NCBI GenBank assembly: GCA_015295905.1
Contig: DVEB01000303.1
Coordinates: 2,043 to 66,042, forward strand
DNA length: 64,000 nucleotides
Reading direction: 5' to 3'
Source: Synechococcales cyanobacterium M55_K2018_004
Lineage (GTDB): Bacteria > Cyanobacteriota > Cyanobacteriia > Elainellales > Elainellaceae
Under the pieces are notes generated by a model. That model had not been told where the DNA came from. It saw nothing but the letters and a program-made list of their open reading frames with translations, and did no database searches. Numbering within the stretch: the first letter of the stretch is position 1; every line of letters begins with the position of its first letter. Below, piece by piece: positions 63,876 to 64,000 of this stretch. Position numbers and translations under genes: made by a program.

Positions 63876-64000
63876 CTAGGGACGGGAAAAATCACACCGC
63901 TGGTTATAGGGTAATTTTGCTAGCAACATTCCCAATACGCAGGTATCGGTAATCCCCGAAAACACTAGACCGGCCCCCACTGCTCCACTAAGTAGGAGAA
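63876..64000 (-). CDS. DUF2892 (YgaP C-terminal-like) small membrane protein, 3' part only (gene starts beyond window end)
   Basis: The reverse-strand frame gives ...LLLSGAVGAGLVFSGITDTCVLGMLLAKLPYNQRCDFSRP*, the G-rich TM hairpin with a conserved Cys typical of DUF2892. It is absent from the ORF track because it is truncated by the window edge. Confidence 0.5.
   Translation of the reverse strand, partial: LLLSGAVGAGLVFSGITDTCVLGMLLAKLPYNQRCDFSRP

Noticed and set aside
1-64000. tRNA, rRNA, tmRNA, RNase P, known riboswitches, transposases, integrases, prophage or toxin-antitoxin / defence genes
   Set aside because: I scanned by eye for cloverleaf-type starts, conserved riboswitch cores (e.g. 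the cobalamin GCCACTG box occurs only inside a CDS or the palindrome) and characteristic protein motifs, and found none. This is a negative result from manual inspection only and should be confirmed with tRNAscan, Infernal and HMM searches.

Overview
Cyanobacterial chromosomal window: the HIP1 octamer GCGATCGC is scattered through coding and non-coding DNA. I found no rRNA, tRNA, CRISPR array, transposase, integrase or phage gene. (1) 1-24 kb covers metal homeostasis and signalling. It holds a truncated P1B-type ATPase divergent from a CoaR-type MerR/precorrin-isomerase regulator, an Sll0418-like quinol/tocopherol methyltransferase, a secreted Gly-rich collagen-like protein, MASE1 and multi-PAS histidine kinases with response regulators, a feoA-feoB-feoC-ferritin cluster and a COG2403-type NTPase. 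(2) 24.7-57.8 kb is a roughly 33 kb Wzx/Wzy-dependent polysaccharide locus. Its core is a PglF/CapD-like dehydratase, Wza, Wzc, Wzx, Wzy, four GT4 glycosyltransferases, a PglC-like initiating transferase, a DegT aminotransferase, a UDP-sugar 6-dehydrogenase, an epimerase and two methyltransferases. The most unusual content is a tailoring cassette inside this locus. It has two inverted FemAB-fold paralogues and a third CelD-like one, an MBL-fold plus Rieske protein that looks like a domain-permuted CMP-Neu5Ac hydroxylase (CMAH/NamH) homologue, a HAD phosphatase and an ATP-grasp ligase next to the uronic-acid-forming dehydrogenase. No PglD/EpsM-type acetyltransferase is present. (3) 59-64 kb holds a HetP-like protein and a persulfide/sulfite handling module: CoA-disulfide reductase-rhodanese, TauE, rhodanese and DUF2892. 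Intergenic DNA carries at least three families of MITE-like hairpin repeats, several long perfect hairpins, an STRR-like heptamer array and a phased GATC repeat. All functional calls rest on motif recognition by eye and recalled family knowledge. No database search was run.
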